In this document: one piece after another, positions 17,030-26,715 of the stretch | How the letters are laid out: the number at the start of each line of letters is the position of its first letter | Position numbering within the stretch: the stretch's first letter is position 1 | Virus record (IMG/VR): IMGVR_UViG_3300018489_000105 | Span: 1-38,737 of that record | Direction: 5' to 3' (one strand) | DNA from: a virus | Lineage: Duplodnaviria > Caudoviricetes | DNA length: 38,737 nucleotides | Position numbers and translations under genes: made by a program | Notes under the pieces: generated by a model | What the model was told of the DNA's origin: nothing | The model's database searches: none | What the model saw: the letters and a program-made list of their open reading frames with translations, nothing else

Positions 17030-18438
17030 ATGACATTAACCACGATGTATGACGGGGTTGTAAATTCACCTTCTACTACACTTACGTCTGATATTACTGA
17101 TTCTGATGCCACAATCCCGGTTGCAGAATTAGGGGTATTCCCGGCAGCCCCGAACATCGCGGTAATAGGCACCGGGGATGATGCAGAAACTATTCATTAT
17201 GATGCGAAGAGTGCGGCAAATGGGGCAGGGAACCTTACCGGAGTAACGAGAGAATACAACAAGACTGGAAGTTATGGTGCAAAGAAGGCATGGTCTGCCG
17301 GGGAAACAATTGCACGTAATTTCTGCGAGTATGACTATAATGCCCTTGTCGATAACGTCAACGCCCTTTTAGGTGAATATGATGTCCTGAGGTATAAGGG
17401 CGTAATCGATTGTTCAGGGAATCCGAACTATCCCGCCGCCGATGCCGGGCATGTGTATCTTGTGACTGTAGCAGGGAAAATAGGAGGTGCAGCCGGCCCT
17501 GCCGTAGAAATCGGTGATATGATCATATGCCATGTAGATTCTTCTGCATCAGGGGACCATGCAACCGTAGGCGCGAACTGGTCAATTCTTCAAAAAAGTG
17601 CAGTTGATGAAGGATCAATATCTCTCTCGGATGTCACCACGAACGATGCCAGTACTTCAAAACATGGGTTCGCACCGAAGGCCACAGCCCCGGCAGCGGG
17701 GATCATCAACCTGCTTGGTATCGCGAATGGCGAAACGGCGTATACCTGCAAAGCGCTTCTGGACGATACCAACCCTGAAGCACTCGGGACCGCCGGACCG
17801 GGCACGGCAATAGTAGCAGCGAGGCGGGATCACGTTCACGACATGCCGGCCCTGGATATACTCGATGCGCCAACAGACAACACATCATTGAATGCATCGA
17901 CCACGGCACATGGTCTATTACTAAAAGCAACTGTTCCCGCAGCAGGTGTTCGTAATATAGTTGCTATCGACAATGGCGAAACTATATACAAAACACAGCA
18001 CTGGTAGATACTACCAATCCCGCAGCACTTGGTACAGTATCACCAGGAACTTCACTTCTCGCAGCACGAAGGGATCACGTTCATGCAATGCCTTCAATTG
18101 CGAGCGTATTTACATGGGCTGAAGTAACCGGTACAACTCAGGCCTTGGCGGTCAACACTGGGTATATCCTGAATCATGCAACCACAATGGTTGTTGCCAC
18201 CCTACCAAGCACAGCAGCCGTAGGAGATGTCATCAGGATCGTAGGGAAAGGTGCAGCAATGTGGAAGGTTGCGCAGAACGCTTCTCAGTACATTAGATTC
18301 GCAGGACTTACGACAACCACAGGAACCGGGGGATACCTGCAAGCTGAGAACCGAGATGACTGCATTGAACTACTCTGTACTGTAGCTAATAATGGGTGGA
18401 CTGTGATCAGTTCGATAGGGAACATAGTGGTGGTGTAA
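17030..18438 (+). CDS. tail fibre protein with 82-aa internal repeat, -1 frameshift at the A4 run 17990-17993 (ORFs 17030-18007 and 18088-18438)
   Basis: NSPSTTLTSDIT..ATIPV N-terminal domain; repeat 2 (NGETIYK/TALVDTTNPAALG..PGT..AARRDHVH) continues only in the -1 frame. Confidence 0.8.
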
Positions 18439-18440
18439 AA

Positions 18441-20030
18441 ATGGCAAGAAAGACAAATGCAATTGGGTTTAATCGCGATTGGCTGCCTCAGAACATGATC
18501 ATCGGAGTTGAATGGGATCAGAGTTCAAACTCGCCAATACTGAAACGGATTGACGAATATTCCAACGAGATGATCCTGAACCGTGCGGCGTTTGATTACC
18601 ATTCGATCTGGGCGAACATGATGCGATGCAACCTCGCAGACGATGGCACGGTAAACGCATACTATGGAGATACCGCATTTAAGTTAGATGGATCAAACGG
18701 GCAGGTCATGGTAGAGATCCCGAAGTTCTACTATAAATCATATCACTCAGGCACAATCTATAGATGGTGGATCTCACCAATTGCAAAAGAAGGGTTTGCA
18801 GTTCATCCTGCATTTATTTCTGATGGTGTAGAGTACGACCATATCTACATCAGTGCATTTGAAGGCTCAGTTTACGATGTAACAGCGGCTGCAACTGAAG
18901 TCAACACGATCAAGATCACGGCAGAGCCTACAGCTGATGGGAATATCACAATCACACTGGATGGCAACTATGCATTCACCGTTGCAATCCTGGATACCGA
19001 TACCATAGAGGGCGTAGTCGATAAGATTGTTGCTGCCGGGAATAAGACAGACTACCAAGGAGTTGTGTGGACTGTTGCGAAGGTGGACGCGGACGAACTC
19101 ACGTATACTGCCGATAGTGCAGGCTTGAAAACTACCGCGATCTATTCTGCCGGAACCACAGGATGCACGGCAACAGTTACAAAGACAACACCGGGGGCCG
19201 GGGGATACGTAAAGAACGATTCTGCCGGTGTGGATTTCACCGCGACCACGGGTGACAAGATGTGTTCGATTGCAGGCGTGAAACCCCTATCAGAATGGAA
19301 TAATGTAACCGCAACATTACCCAATATTAGAATTCTTGCACAGAACCGTGGTACTGGTTGGAACCTACTGTATTTCAATGCAGTCTGCGCAATCCAACTA
19401 CTTTACTTGATAGAATATGCACATTTCAACTCGCAGACTCAAATCGGTGCAGGTGTTACAGGAGTAGACGATGCAACCGCTGGGAACACATATAACAATG
19501 CGCTTAATACCGGATTTACTGCTGGTATAGGCACAAACGGTGTTGATCTTGGCAATGCATCGGGGCATACTACTTCGGTAGCACATTACAAAACCCTTGA
19601 AGCAGACGCAGACATTCAACCTATGTCGTATCGCGGGATAGAAAATTTCTATGGCAATATCTGGAAATGGGTTGATGGTATCAATATCAAGGCAGACTAC
19701 AACCCGTGGATTGCCGATCATGATTTTGCATCAGATAAATTCGAACACCCCTATGTGGATACAGGTTTAATAGGTGTTTCATCGAATGGATTTATTACCA
19801 ATATTCTATTTGGAGCTAGCTTGAACTATGGGTTCTTGGCATCCGCTGTTGCAGGATCAGATTCCACATACTTATGTGATTACCATTACTGTAATACCGG
19901 TAACAGATCGGCGCTGTTTGGGGGCCATTGGGCTGGTGGGGTCGGGGCGGGTGCCTTCTATTGGTATCTGTATCATGCGGCGTCGGCTGTGCCTCGGGCT
20001 GTCGGCGGTCGGGCGGTCTTCGTAGGTTAG
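18441..20030 (+). CDS. receptor-binding tail protein with C-terminal C-type-lectin/FGE-like fold (DGR target-like)
   Basis: GQVMVEIPKFYYK, HPAF, YISAFEGS, YRGIENFYGNIWKWVDG, terminal GGxWxxG..AG.F.W.L....S.....GGR. Confidence 0.85.
   Translation: MARKTNAIGFNRDWLPQNMIIGVEWDQSSNSPILKRIDEYSNEMILNRAAFDYHSIWANMMRCNLADDGTVNAYYGDTAFKLDGSNGQVMVEIPKFYYKSYHSGTIYRWWISPIAKEGFAVHPAFISDGVEYDHIYISAFEGSVYDVTAAATEVNTIKITAEPTADGNITITLDGNYAFTVAILDTDTIEGVVDKIVAAGNKTDYQGVVWTVAKVDADELTYTADSAGLKTTAIYSAGTTGCTATVTKTTPGAGGYVKNDSAGVDFTATTGDKMCSIAGVKPLSEWNNVTATLPNIRILAQNRGTGWNLLYFNAVCAIQLLYLIEYAHFNSQTQIGAGVTGVDDATAGNTYNNALNTGFTAGIGTNGVDLGNASGHTTSVAHYKTLEADADIQPMSYRGIENFYGNIWKWVDGINIKADYNPWIADHDFASDKFEHPYVDTGLIGVSSNGFITNILFGASLNYGFLASAVAGSDSTYLCDYHYCNTGNRSALFGGHWAGGVGAGAFYWYLYHAASAVPRAVGGRAVFVG
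19908..20030 (+). other. DGR variable-region-like segment
   Basis: Only 5 A in 19908-20023, all in NAT codons; consensus Asn positions are NNT codons; 48-nt A-free GC-rich 3' end. Confidence 0.7.
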
Positions 20031-20040
20031 GAGAAACAAC

Positions 20041-20367
20041 ATGAAATCATGTGCAGATAACAAACCAGAACCAATCGAGATTGACAAGATTGAGAGAGGC
20101 GTAGCACGGGTACTGATCCGATGGAATGCAAAGGAAGTACCTGCACCTGTAATGTACGGCGAGAAGGCACGTACACAGTGGGAATATGAAGAAGAGGTAA
20201 TCCAGTGGACACTTCCTACACCCGATCTTTCGCCTGAACAGATCGCAACATACTTTAAAGAGACACAGGCAGAGATCGAAGGATTCGCAAAGGCAAAACA
20301 GACGAACTGGAAGAGATCAGACGGCACGAAGATCGATGTGAGTACGGCAATTGTAATAGATAAATAG
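20041..20367 (+). CDS. hypothetical protein, possible tail fibre chaperone
   Basis: GGAG RBS; follows the adhesin gene. Confidence 0.65.
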   Translation: MKSCADNKPEPIEIDKIERGVARVLIRWNAKEVPAPVMYGEKARTQWEYEEEVIQWTLPTPDLSPEQIATYFKETQAEIEGFAKAKQTNWKRSDGTKIDVSTAIVIDK

Positions 20368-20385
20368 TAAACAAGTGATCCAGAA

Positions 20386-21801
20386 ATGAAGTTCAATTCC
20401 TCGGCCAGGTTCAACCGGAAATCGTTTAATTCAGAGAAGGTTTTCGATGCCGGTATTCATCTCGGGGGAACGGTAACAAATACATGTGTGGGTCTTGGAG
20501 ATCTTCCATTAAGCGGATGGAGTTTCAGGAAACAGATCACAATTAGTAATACCGGCGCTGAATTAACAGATTACCAAATATCATTTATTATCAATCGTTC
20601 CGCAGGGGTTGACAGTGGAAATACTGTATATGTGGGAACGAAATGCCAGGATGATTATGACGATATCAGGTTCACTAAAGCTGATGGGATAACCTTATTG
20701 GATTATTGGATTGAATCTTCCTCTGCCGCGACTGCAACAATCTGGGTTGAAGTTGATACGGTTGCAGGAAGTGGGGACACCACTTTATACCTTTATTACG
20801 GAAATGGTTCTGCTGCTGCGGTGAGTGATGGTGATGCGACATTTGATTTCTTTGATGATTTCCTGGGGACAGCAATAGATACTGACAAGTGGACCATTGA
20901 TGATGCAACCGGCTGGTCCGTTTCTGGCGGGCAGCTCAAAGGCACAAACACCGCTGGCAGAATACGGTCGAAACAATTATTTTCGGGCCCGTTCATTGCC
21001 GAAACTTGGCATAAGATAGTTTCGTTCCCCACTAATGGCTATGAGGTTCTCGGGACTTGGGTATCTCCATCCAACGGCTGTGGAGGTTTCCTCCCCCACA
21101 GTAACGCCTTCTTCAGTTTTAATGAGGGTACGTATATCATGTATGATCCATCTCCAGTAGTGCCGCAAAATAACTGGTGTCTCTACATGGTCTGGGAAGA
21201 CGGTGCAGATCATGCGCATGAGCGAATTGTGCAATCGGCTAATTCACATCAAAATGATTTTACAAATTCAGTAGATTCTGAGCCGATCACTCTTGGGAAA
21301 CGATATACTAATGATTTCACAGGACAAGCATATGAAGCTTATTGGGATTGGATCCTCGTCCGCAAATACGCCGCCACTGAGCCTACAGTATCAGCATGGG
21401 GTATGGAGACTACATGGGTTCCTGGGGCGGCAATTCCCGCCCCTATAACAGAATTCGGGATCACACTTGAGAACACTATCAACAATTCCGCAGATCATTC
21501 ATATTCCTTCGAACCGGCGGATATTACCGCAACAATAGAATTATCAAACCTTGAAGTAATGGCGCAAGTGTTCATTGATACTACCACTGTAATTAAAATA
21601 CCTTTTAACTATGGATCTTCTGAAATTACCGTAGGTGAAACCATCACTGGGGCGACTTCCGGGGCAACCGGTACTGTCACAATAGTAGAAGTCACGGCTG
21701 GCGACTGGGGAACCGGGGATGCAGAAGGATACATTTACGTTAAGGATCCATCTGGCGTTTTCGAGGTTGGGGAAGAGATCAACGGATCAGAAGGCGGGTG
21801 A
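20386..21801 (+). CDS. DUF2341-domain tail/adhesin protein
   Basis: WSFRKQITISNTG.ELTDYQ, DIRFT..DG.TLLDYWIE, IWVEV, LYLYYGN and FFDDF. Confidence 0.85.
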   Translation: MKFNSSARFNRKSFNSEKVFDAGIHLGGTVTNTCVGLGDLPLSGWSFRKQITISNTGAELTDYQISFIINRSAGVDSGNTVYVGTKCQDDYDDIRFTKADGITLLDYWIESSSAATATIWVEVDTVAGSGDTTLYLYYGNGSAAAVSDGDATFDFFDDFLGTAIDTDKWTIDDATGWSVSGGQLKGTNTAGRIRSKQLFSGPFIAETWHKIVSFPTNGYEVLGTWVSPSNGCGGFLPHSNAFFSFNEGTYIMYDPSPVVPQNNWCLYMVWEDGADHAHERIVQSANSHQNDFTNSVDSEPITLGKRYTNDFTGQAYEAYWDWILVRKYAATEPTVSAWGMETTWVPGAAIPAPITEFGITLENTINNSADHSYSFEPADITATIELSNLEVMAQVFIDTTTVIKIPFNYGSSEITVGETITGATSGATGTVTIVEVTAGDWGTGDAEGYIYVKDPSGVFEVGEEINGSEGG

Positions 21802-21808
21802 TATATGA

Positions 21809-23347
21809 ATGGGTGACGCAGTTGTTTCCGGTGATCCTATAAGGGTCACACCAAAAGTAATCGAGAAATCCGCATGGAAAAGTATTGATGAAGTATACTG
21901 GACCGGATCAGTTCTTCTTGACGGCCTGTACGCGTTTACTGACGTTGCAGGATTCAAAGAACTACAGATCAGGATGAAGGATCATACTGCAACTGAACAA
22001 CTTGTATTCGGGGGGTTCATTCCTAATCAGGGAATAACGCAGAACCCCGGTGATAATACTACACAACTGACGGCATACTCATACTCATGGTTCCTGGCAA
22101 ACCAAATGGTGCCGGATGAGAACAGGGGCACGGCAGCGTGGGTTCCTTCGGGTTCTTCCGGGTATGTTACCTTCCTTGAACCGTCAGTTATAGTGACTGC
22201 ATTATTAGGCGGCGCGCTCTGGAACAGGGTTACGGGTTGTAATCCCCTCTGGGTAATTCCGGTTGCGAGTTGGGGATCAGCTTCAATCCCTGTAAGGGGC
22301 TGGGCCTGGGAACCCGGAACTAACAAGTGGCAAGCAATCCAGGAGATGTGCGACTATCTCGGATACGTCTTTGAAGTCACCTATGACGATATCTATAGTC
22401 AACATATCGCCCGGTTCTGCAGACTTGCCGATATTGATACATACCTGGGCGTTCCTGCCGCAGTCACATTCAACAAAACCGATGCGGCGAAATATGTGTT
22501 AAACGTATCAAAGGAACGCAGAGGCACGGAATTTATCAACCGCGTAAGAGTTCACGGAAAGAGGAATAAGAGGATCTTAAACTTCATAAATGGGGTAACA
22601 GAGTTCACGGCGGCACATACTGTAGTTGATGGAGGTACAGGTGCAAAAGCAACTATCATATCATGTACTAAGACGTCTGGTGCATGGGGTGGCACGGCAG
22701 TAGGGTATCTAATTATTTCATATGATCGCACTGGTGATTTCATTGACGGGGATACGATCATAGATGAACTTGGCGCAGGGTATGGGAACGCAACTATGCA
22801 AGGTAATTCCGTTCCCTATGAGCTCTACGACGAATATTCTTACTATGTAGAAAGTGCCGATGTTACCAACGAAGACACACGGCCCCGGGAACGGTTTATC
22901 GAATTAGAAGAAGAGTATGATTCTACACCGTTAATCGAAGCGAAATGCCTTGAATACTATAACATGTATGCACTCGATCCAACCACGTATAATGTAGAAT
23001 TTAGGGATCGATCAGACCTGCGACTCTGGCAAAAGGTAAAACTCGTAGGGTGGTCTGAAATCCCTGAAGCGGAGATGCGGATTGTTTCGATAAAATACAC
23101 TGAAACTTCAGGCGGCGGTGTAAGAGTATCGGCAACCTTGAACAATGCGGAGTATGTGATCTCACAAAGAAAGATGCGAAGATCCCTTAAAAACAATGAC
23201 GTTTCCGCAATCGAGAAGATTGTTAAGGGTATCCTGGACCAGAACCTCCAAGTAAAAGACGGGACAGTATTAAAAGTGCAGGGTGACGGAGTCACGATTG
23301 AATATACGGATGCCGGGATTGTCGTTACCTCCAGGGGAACTGGATAA
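21809..23347 (+). CDS. tail tip / baseplate hub (Tal-like) protein
   Basis: VFGGFI, AYSYSWFL, WQAIQEMCDYLGYVF, FINRVRVHG, LRLWQKVKL and MRIVSIKY pattern. Confidence 0.7.
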   Translation: MGDAVVSGDPIRVTPKVIEKSAWKSIDEVYWTGSVLLDGLYAFTDVAGFKELQIRMKDHTATEQLVFGGFIPNQGITQNPGDNTTQLTAYSYSWFLANQMVPDENRGTAAWVPSGSSGYVTFLEPSVIVTALLGGALWNRVTGCNPLWVIPVASWGSASIPVRGWAWEPGTNKWQAIQEMCDYLGYVFEVTYDDIYSQHIARFCRLADIDTYLGVPAAVTFNKTDAAKYVLNVSKERRGTEFINRVRVHGKRNKRILNFINGVTEFTAAHTVVDGGTGAKATIISCTKTSGAWGGTAVGYLIISYDRTGDFIDGDTIIDELGAGYGNATMQGNSVPYELYDEYSYYVESADVTNEDTRPRERFIELEEEYDSTPLIEAKCLEYYNMYALDPTTYNVEFRDRSDLRLWQKVKLVGWSEIPEAEMRIVSIKYTETSGGGVRVSATLNNAEYVISQRKMRRSLKNNDVSAIEKIVKGILDQNLQVKDGTVLKVQGDGVTIEYTDAGIVVTSRGTG

Positions 23348-23349
23348 AT

Positions 23350-23904
23350 ATGGTTGATGCCGGAGATAAAGGGGCAACCCTAAAGAATCATTATTTAGAA
23401 CAAGGTTCTGTAGAAGCAGGCGATAAGGTATTTGTCCTTTCTGCGTTCGGGAAGGATCGGGTTTTCTCAGGGATTGCAGATGTCGGGGATAAAGTGAAGG
23501 TTCTTTCGTATAAAGGGGTTCGTAGAATAATCGCAACAAGGATCAGAAAGATTTTCTATGTCGGGCCTGCGTTTCATGAGGAACCGGTTAGACAATTCGT
23601 AGTACATCTTATCGGCAAGGTTGACGTCCCGTGGGATGGGGTGGGAAGGGTATGGGTTACGAATTATAAAGATCATATCTATGCCAGTGCAGACGACGGA
23701 TATTATATACATAACCTTACAAATTCTCTACCGATCTGGCTAAGAAAATACACATATGGGAAAGAGGCATATAACAACGATCCCCCTCCGGAGATCACTA
23801 GTATCATGGAACCGGGGTATGTTAATCATCTCGAGGTATATGTGCAGGATTGGTATGGCGGGGCGATCTCCAACCCCGTGACATATATCGCCCTGACGGC
23901 GTGA
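23350..23904 (+). CDS. putative tail tip protein
   Basis: Three short V(D/E)(A/V)GDK repeats at the N-terminus; last gene of the structural operon. Confidence 0.6.
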   Translation: MVDAGDKGATLKNHYLEQGSVEAGDKVFVLSAFGKDRVFSGIADVGDKVKVLSYKGVRRIIATRIRKIFYVGPAFHEEPVRQFVVHLIGKVDVPWDGVGRVWVTNYKDHIYASADDGYYIHNLTNSLPIWLRKYTYGKEAYNNDPPPEITSIMEPGYVNHLEVYVQDWYGGAISNPVTYIALTA

Positions 23905-23969
23905 TGGGCTATTCCTAATCCCGATACATATATTATTTTTACTCATTAATTCAGATACCCATAAAATCA

Positions 23970-24010
23970 AAATGATAAAATATATATACTATACCATCAT
24001 ATGATATATT
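23970..24010 (+). promoter_or_regulatory. early promoter (BRE/TATA-like AAAATATATATA) with palindrome ATCATATGAT
   Basis: AT-rich intergenic gap; TATA-like element about 25 nt upstream of ATG 24011; 10-bp palindrome at 23996-24005. Confidence 0.6.
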
Positions 24011-24181
24011 ATGGCAAGAAACCTTAGGAAGAACCATCCAAAGTGCACGCCCAGGTGTATTACCCTGGACGAGATAACGAAGGAGCGGATTGCAAAGATG
24101 GTCCCGTCCGAGTATCCCTCGTTAAGCGAACTGATCCGATCTCTGGTAAGGGCAGAGATGGAGAGGAGGAACAAAACATGA
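24011..24181 (+). CDS. ribbon-helix-helix (CopG-like) regulator (56 aa, not in ORF track)
   Basis: MARNLRKNHPKCTPRCITLDEITKERIAKMVPSEYPSLSELIRSLVRAEMERRNKT. Confidence 0.75.
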   Translation: MARNLRKNHPKCTPRCITLDEITKERIAKMVPSEYPSLSELIRSLVRAEMERRNKT

Positions 24182-24339
24182 CGTCAGTTAAGGGCGAGTA
24201 TCCTGCACTCTGCCAGCGGTGTAAAAAGTTGAGAGAAACGACTAGCGATCATGAGGTCTTCGTGTGCGGCCTCATGGTCGAGGCAATGAATGCCAGAGTA
24301 CCCGTGCTATCCTGCGGGTACTTTGAGGAGGAGAAGTAG
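24178..24339 (+). CDS. small Cys-rich protein
   Basis: CQRC...C...C; GGAGG RBS; ATGA overlap. Confidence 0.65.
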   Translation: MTSVKGEYPALCQRCKKLRETTSDHEVFVCGLMVEAMNARVPVLSCGYFEEEK

Positions 24340-24471
24340 ATGTGGACGGTGTACTACACAATCAAAGGCGAGTGGGCCAGAGAAGAGTTCGAACTGGCAA
24401 AGGATGCGCATGAATACGCCGAATCCCTCAGGGGATACGGCTGTGAGGAAATCCATGTGGAGTGTGATTAG
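24340..24471 (+). CDS. small hypothetical protein (43 aa)
   Basis: MWTVYYTIKGEWAREEFELAKDAHEYAESLRGYGCEEIHVECD; GGAG RBS. Confidence 0.6.
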   Translation: MWTVYYTIKGEWAREEFELAKDAHEYAESLRGYGCEEIHVECD

Positions 24472-24473
24472 AA

Positions 24474-25247
24474 ATGATTGAATTCCGCTGTACAACAGGG
24501 GCGACAGTAAATGTCTGTCCTGTTTTACGAAATGGAATAACAAACTATGTTATCGAGACAGGAGGGAAAAAAGAGTATGTCTCAGAATGCGATATCCGGA
24601 GAGTGAAAGATTCTCCAACCGGATACGGGATTGTCCTAGAGGGGGATGTTGCCAAGGTGTTTCGTCCCAAGGGAAAGATAGTGATCACGATCACAAAAGA
24701 GGTATATGATAAGATCATAGAAGAGGGTCGGGCCTTCATCGATACAAGAATCAAAGAGGAGATGGCAAAGCCGATTTCCTCATGGGCATGGACTCTCGGT
24801 GGGGATACCCATATGGTGCGGATATTCCCCGAAGGAGATATCTGCATTGAGTTTCGGCCGGATGTTGCAGAGATTCAGGATATCCTCAGGAACTGGATAG
24901 AGGCTGATAAGGTTCTCAGAGAGGTCTCTGAGGTACATCCCGACCAAAATATCTTACCCAACATATATAACGTTGGACCGATTTACAGGATCACAAATGA
25001 CACGTTGATGCAAATCATCAACGAGTACAAGAAGGCCCGCGAAGAGGCCCGGGAGGCAAAGGAGAAGGCCGAAGAGGAAAAGTACAAGAAGGCTCTCTCA
25101 GAAGCGCAGAGAACTGGAAAGCCTGTGGTCCTCCGGTACTGGAATGCTCCCTGTAATGATCCGCGGGAGGCGTGCGATGTTGATGACGTATACGAGTACG
25201 TCCTCCCGGATGGGTCGAAGAAAGTCGAACGGTACCACAACTGGTGA
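24474..25247 (+). CDS. hypothetical protein
   Basis: 257-aa ORF; C-terminal CNDPREACDVD...PDG...H.W. Confidence 0.75.
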   Translation: MIEFRCTTGATVNVCPVLRNGITNYVIETGGKKEYVSECDIRRVKDSPTGYGIVLEGDVAKVFRPKGKIVITITKEVYDKIIEEGRAFIDTRIKEEMAKPISSWAWTLGGDTHMVRIFPEGDICIEFRPDVAEIQDILRNWIEADKVLREVSEVHPDQNILPNIYNVGPIYRITNDTLMQIINEYKKAREEAREAKEKAEEEKYKKALSEAQRTGKPVVLRYWNAPCNDPREACDVDDVYEYVLPDGSKKVERYHNW

Positions 25248-25260
25248 GGTGAATAATGGT

Positions 25261-25437
25261 ATGAAGACAGAAGAAGAGATTAGATCAAAAATCAAGATAG
25301 CACATGAAGACATTCAGAAATACCGGCATAATCCGGTTCTTGTAAGGATGTGTGAGTATTGGATATATGCACTTAGATGGGTTCTTGATGAGGAACTTGA
25401 CCCTGTCGAGGTGGATGAGGAGGGAGAAGAGATATGA
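25261..25437 (+). CDS. hypothetical protein
   Basis: GAGGTGA RBS; MKTEEEIR...ALRWVL. Confidence 0.65.
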   Translation: MKTEEEIRSKIKIAHEDIQKYRHNPVLVRMCEYWIYALRWVLDEELDPVEVDEEGEEI

Positions 25438-25946
25438 CTTTCCCTAATTCGCGTTATTATTGCATAGCGCAATACGGGGGCCCTGTTTTTGGTGTCGGGA
25501 GGACGCCCTTGAGTGCTCTACGTGATGCCAATCAATGGCGTGATAAGGAGCCGAAGATCACCCTGCAGGATGTAGACATTCCGGCTGGCGAGCGGAGGGA
25601 TGGGGGCCTCTATCTCTACGAATGTTCGTGGGGAGTTTATGATCGAGTGATGAGAGAAGGAGGTCAAATCGATTATGAGGAAAAGACCAAAACCTACCTC
25701 TGCCTTCCTGAAGAACTTGAGGCAACGAAGAGTGTAGACAAGGATATAGAAAAGATACGGTTAGCATACCTTTGTGAACCTGATGCGGATATCCTGTACC
25801 AGTTCAAGAAAACTGATGGCCGCTGGACAGGATGGCGATCATTCCACAAATCGGCTAAGAAGGAGTATCTCCCTTGGCCCTGGGAGATGATCGGGGCTCC
25901 CGGGGTGGCCTCAGTGGAGTGGAAACTTGTAGATAGGAGGGTGTGA
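25434..25946 (+). CDS. hypothetical protein
   Basis: Coupled + strand ORF, 170 aa. Confidence 0.7.
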   Translation: MTFPNSRYYCIAQYGGPVFGVGRTPLSALRDANQWRDKEPKITLQDVDIPAGERRDGGLYLYECSWGVYDRVMREGGQIDYEEKTKTYLCLPEELEATKSVDKDIEKIRLAYLCEPDADILYQFKKTDGRWTGWRSFHKSAKKEYLPWPWEMIGAPGVASVEWKLVDRRV

Positions 25947-26512
25947 GTATGGGAGAGTACGCTATCAGGAAAAGTGATGGCAGAAAGATCAAGATCGGAA
26001 CGTGCGAAGATATGTACTATCTCCGTTATTCCGATCTGGAAAAGGTATCGTCGCTACCTGGAAGTGTGGATCTATCGGATCCATCGACCATAAATGAATT
26101 GAGATGGCGACTCCCATTCCCCGAAGAAGACGGTGAAGACCCTGGGGAATATTGGGATCCTTCCAAGAGTGCGATTCTGTTTAGATTTACCAATCCAGAA
26201 ACAGCAAACACTCCGGGGACGTTTCAGGTATGGACGAAATACGGGATGCTCTTTAACATTAAATGTTACCACGGAGAACGATTCCCAGACTATGGGACAG
26301 ATATCAAAGCATTCTGGAACGGTAAGAGTTCAGCGTATTGTCTTTCCGCCCTGAAATTCATTGATGGAAAGGCTTGGGGTGTGTACTCATGTATTGAATG
26401 TAGGGAAATCTGGTGGGCACCCCTGGAGAAGCTGGTGCCATTTCTTGGGGGAGATGACCAATCACTAAAGGAGCGACTGATTAAGTGGTATCTGGAGGAG
26501 GATCAACCATGA
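25943..26512 (+). CDS. hypothetical protein
   Basis: MGEYAIRKSDG.KIKIGTCEDMYYLR; CxxC near the C-terminus. Confidence 0.75.
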   Translation: MSMGEYAIRKSDGRKIKIGTCEDMYYLRYSDLEKVSSLPGSVDLSDPSTINELRWRLPFPEEDGEDPGEYWDPSKSAILFRFTNPETANTPGTFQVWTKYGMLFNIKCYHGERFPDYGTDIKAFWNGKSSAYCLSALKFIDGKAWGVYSCIECREIWWAPLEKLVPFLGGDDQSLKERLIKWYLEEDQP

Positions 26513-26715
26513 TCGTCCCCATAACATCCCTTCTGCCTCACGATGCAAAAATTGAAAAGCACGATCTTGGATACCTCTTCTTTCGGTATGCCCGGGGGGA
26601 CGTAGATCAGTTAGATCGGGCGTTCCGCGAGTGGGCGGATGTCATCGAGGATATCTACCTCGAAGAGAGAGACATGCGGGTGAAAATTATCATGAGGGAG
26701 GAGCCGTATGTGTGA
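26509..26715 (+). CDS. hypothetical protein
   Basis: GGAGG RBS; ATGA overlap. Confidence 0.6.
   Translation: MIVPITSLLPHDAKIEKHDLGYLFFRYARGDVDQLDRAFREWADVIEDIYLEERDMRVKIIMREEPYV

Noticed and set aside
20039-20052. DGR cis-acting hairpin downstream of the variable region (ACATG-AAAT-CATGT)
   Set aside because: Only a weak 5-6 bp AT-rich stem overlapping the next start codon; cannot be distinguished from chance
23600-23904. Second DGR variable region at the end of the last tail gene
   Set aside because: Aromatic-rich, but no adenine depletion or consistent NNY pattern
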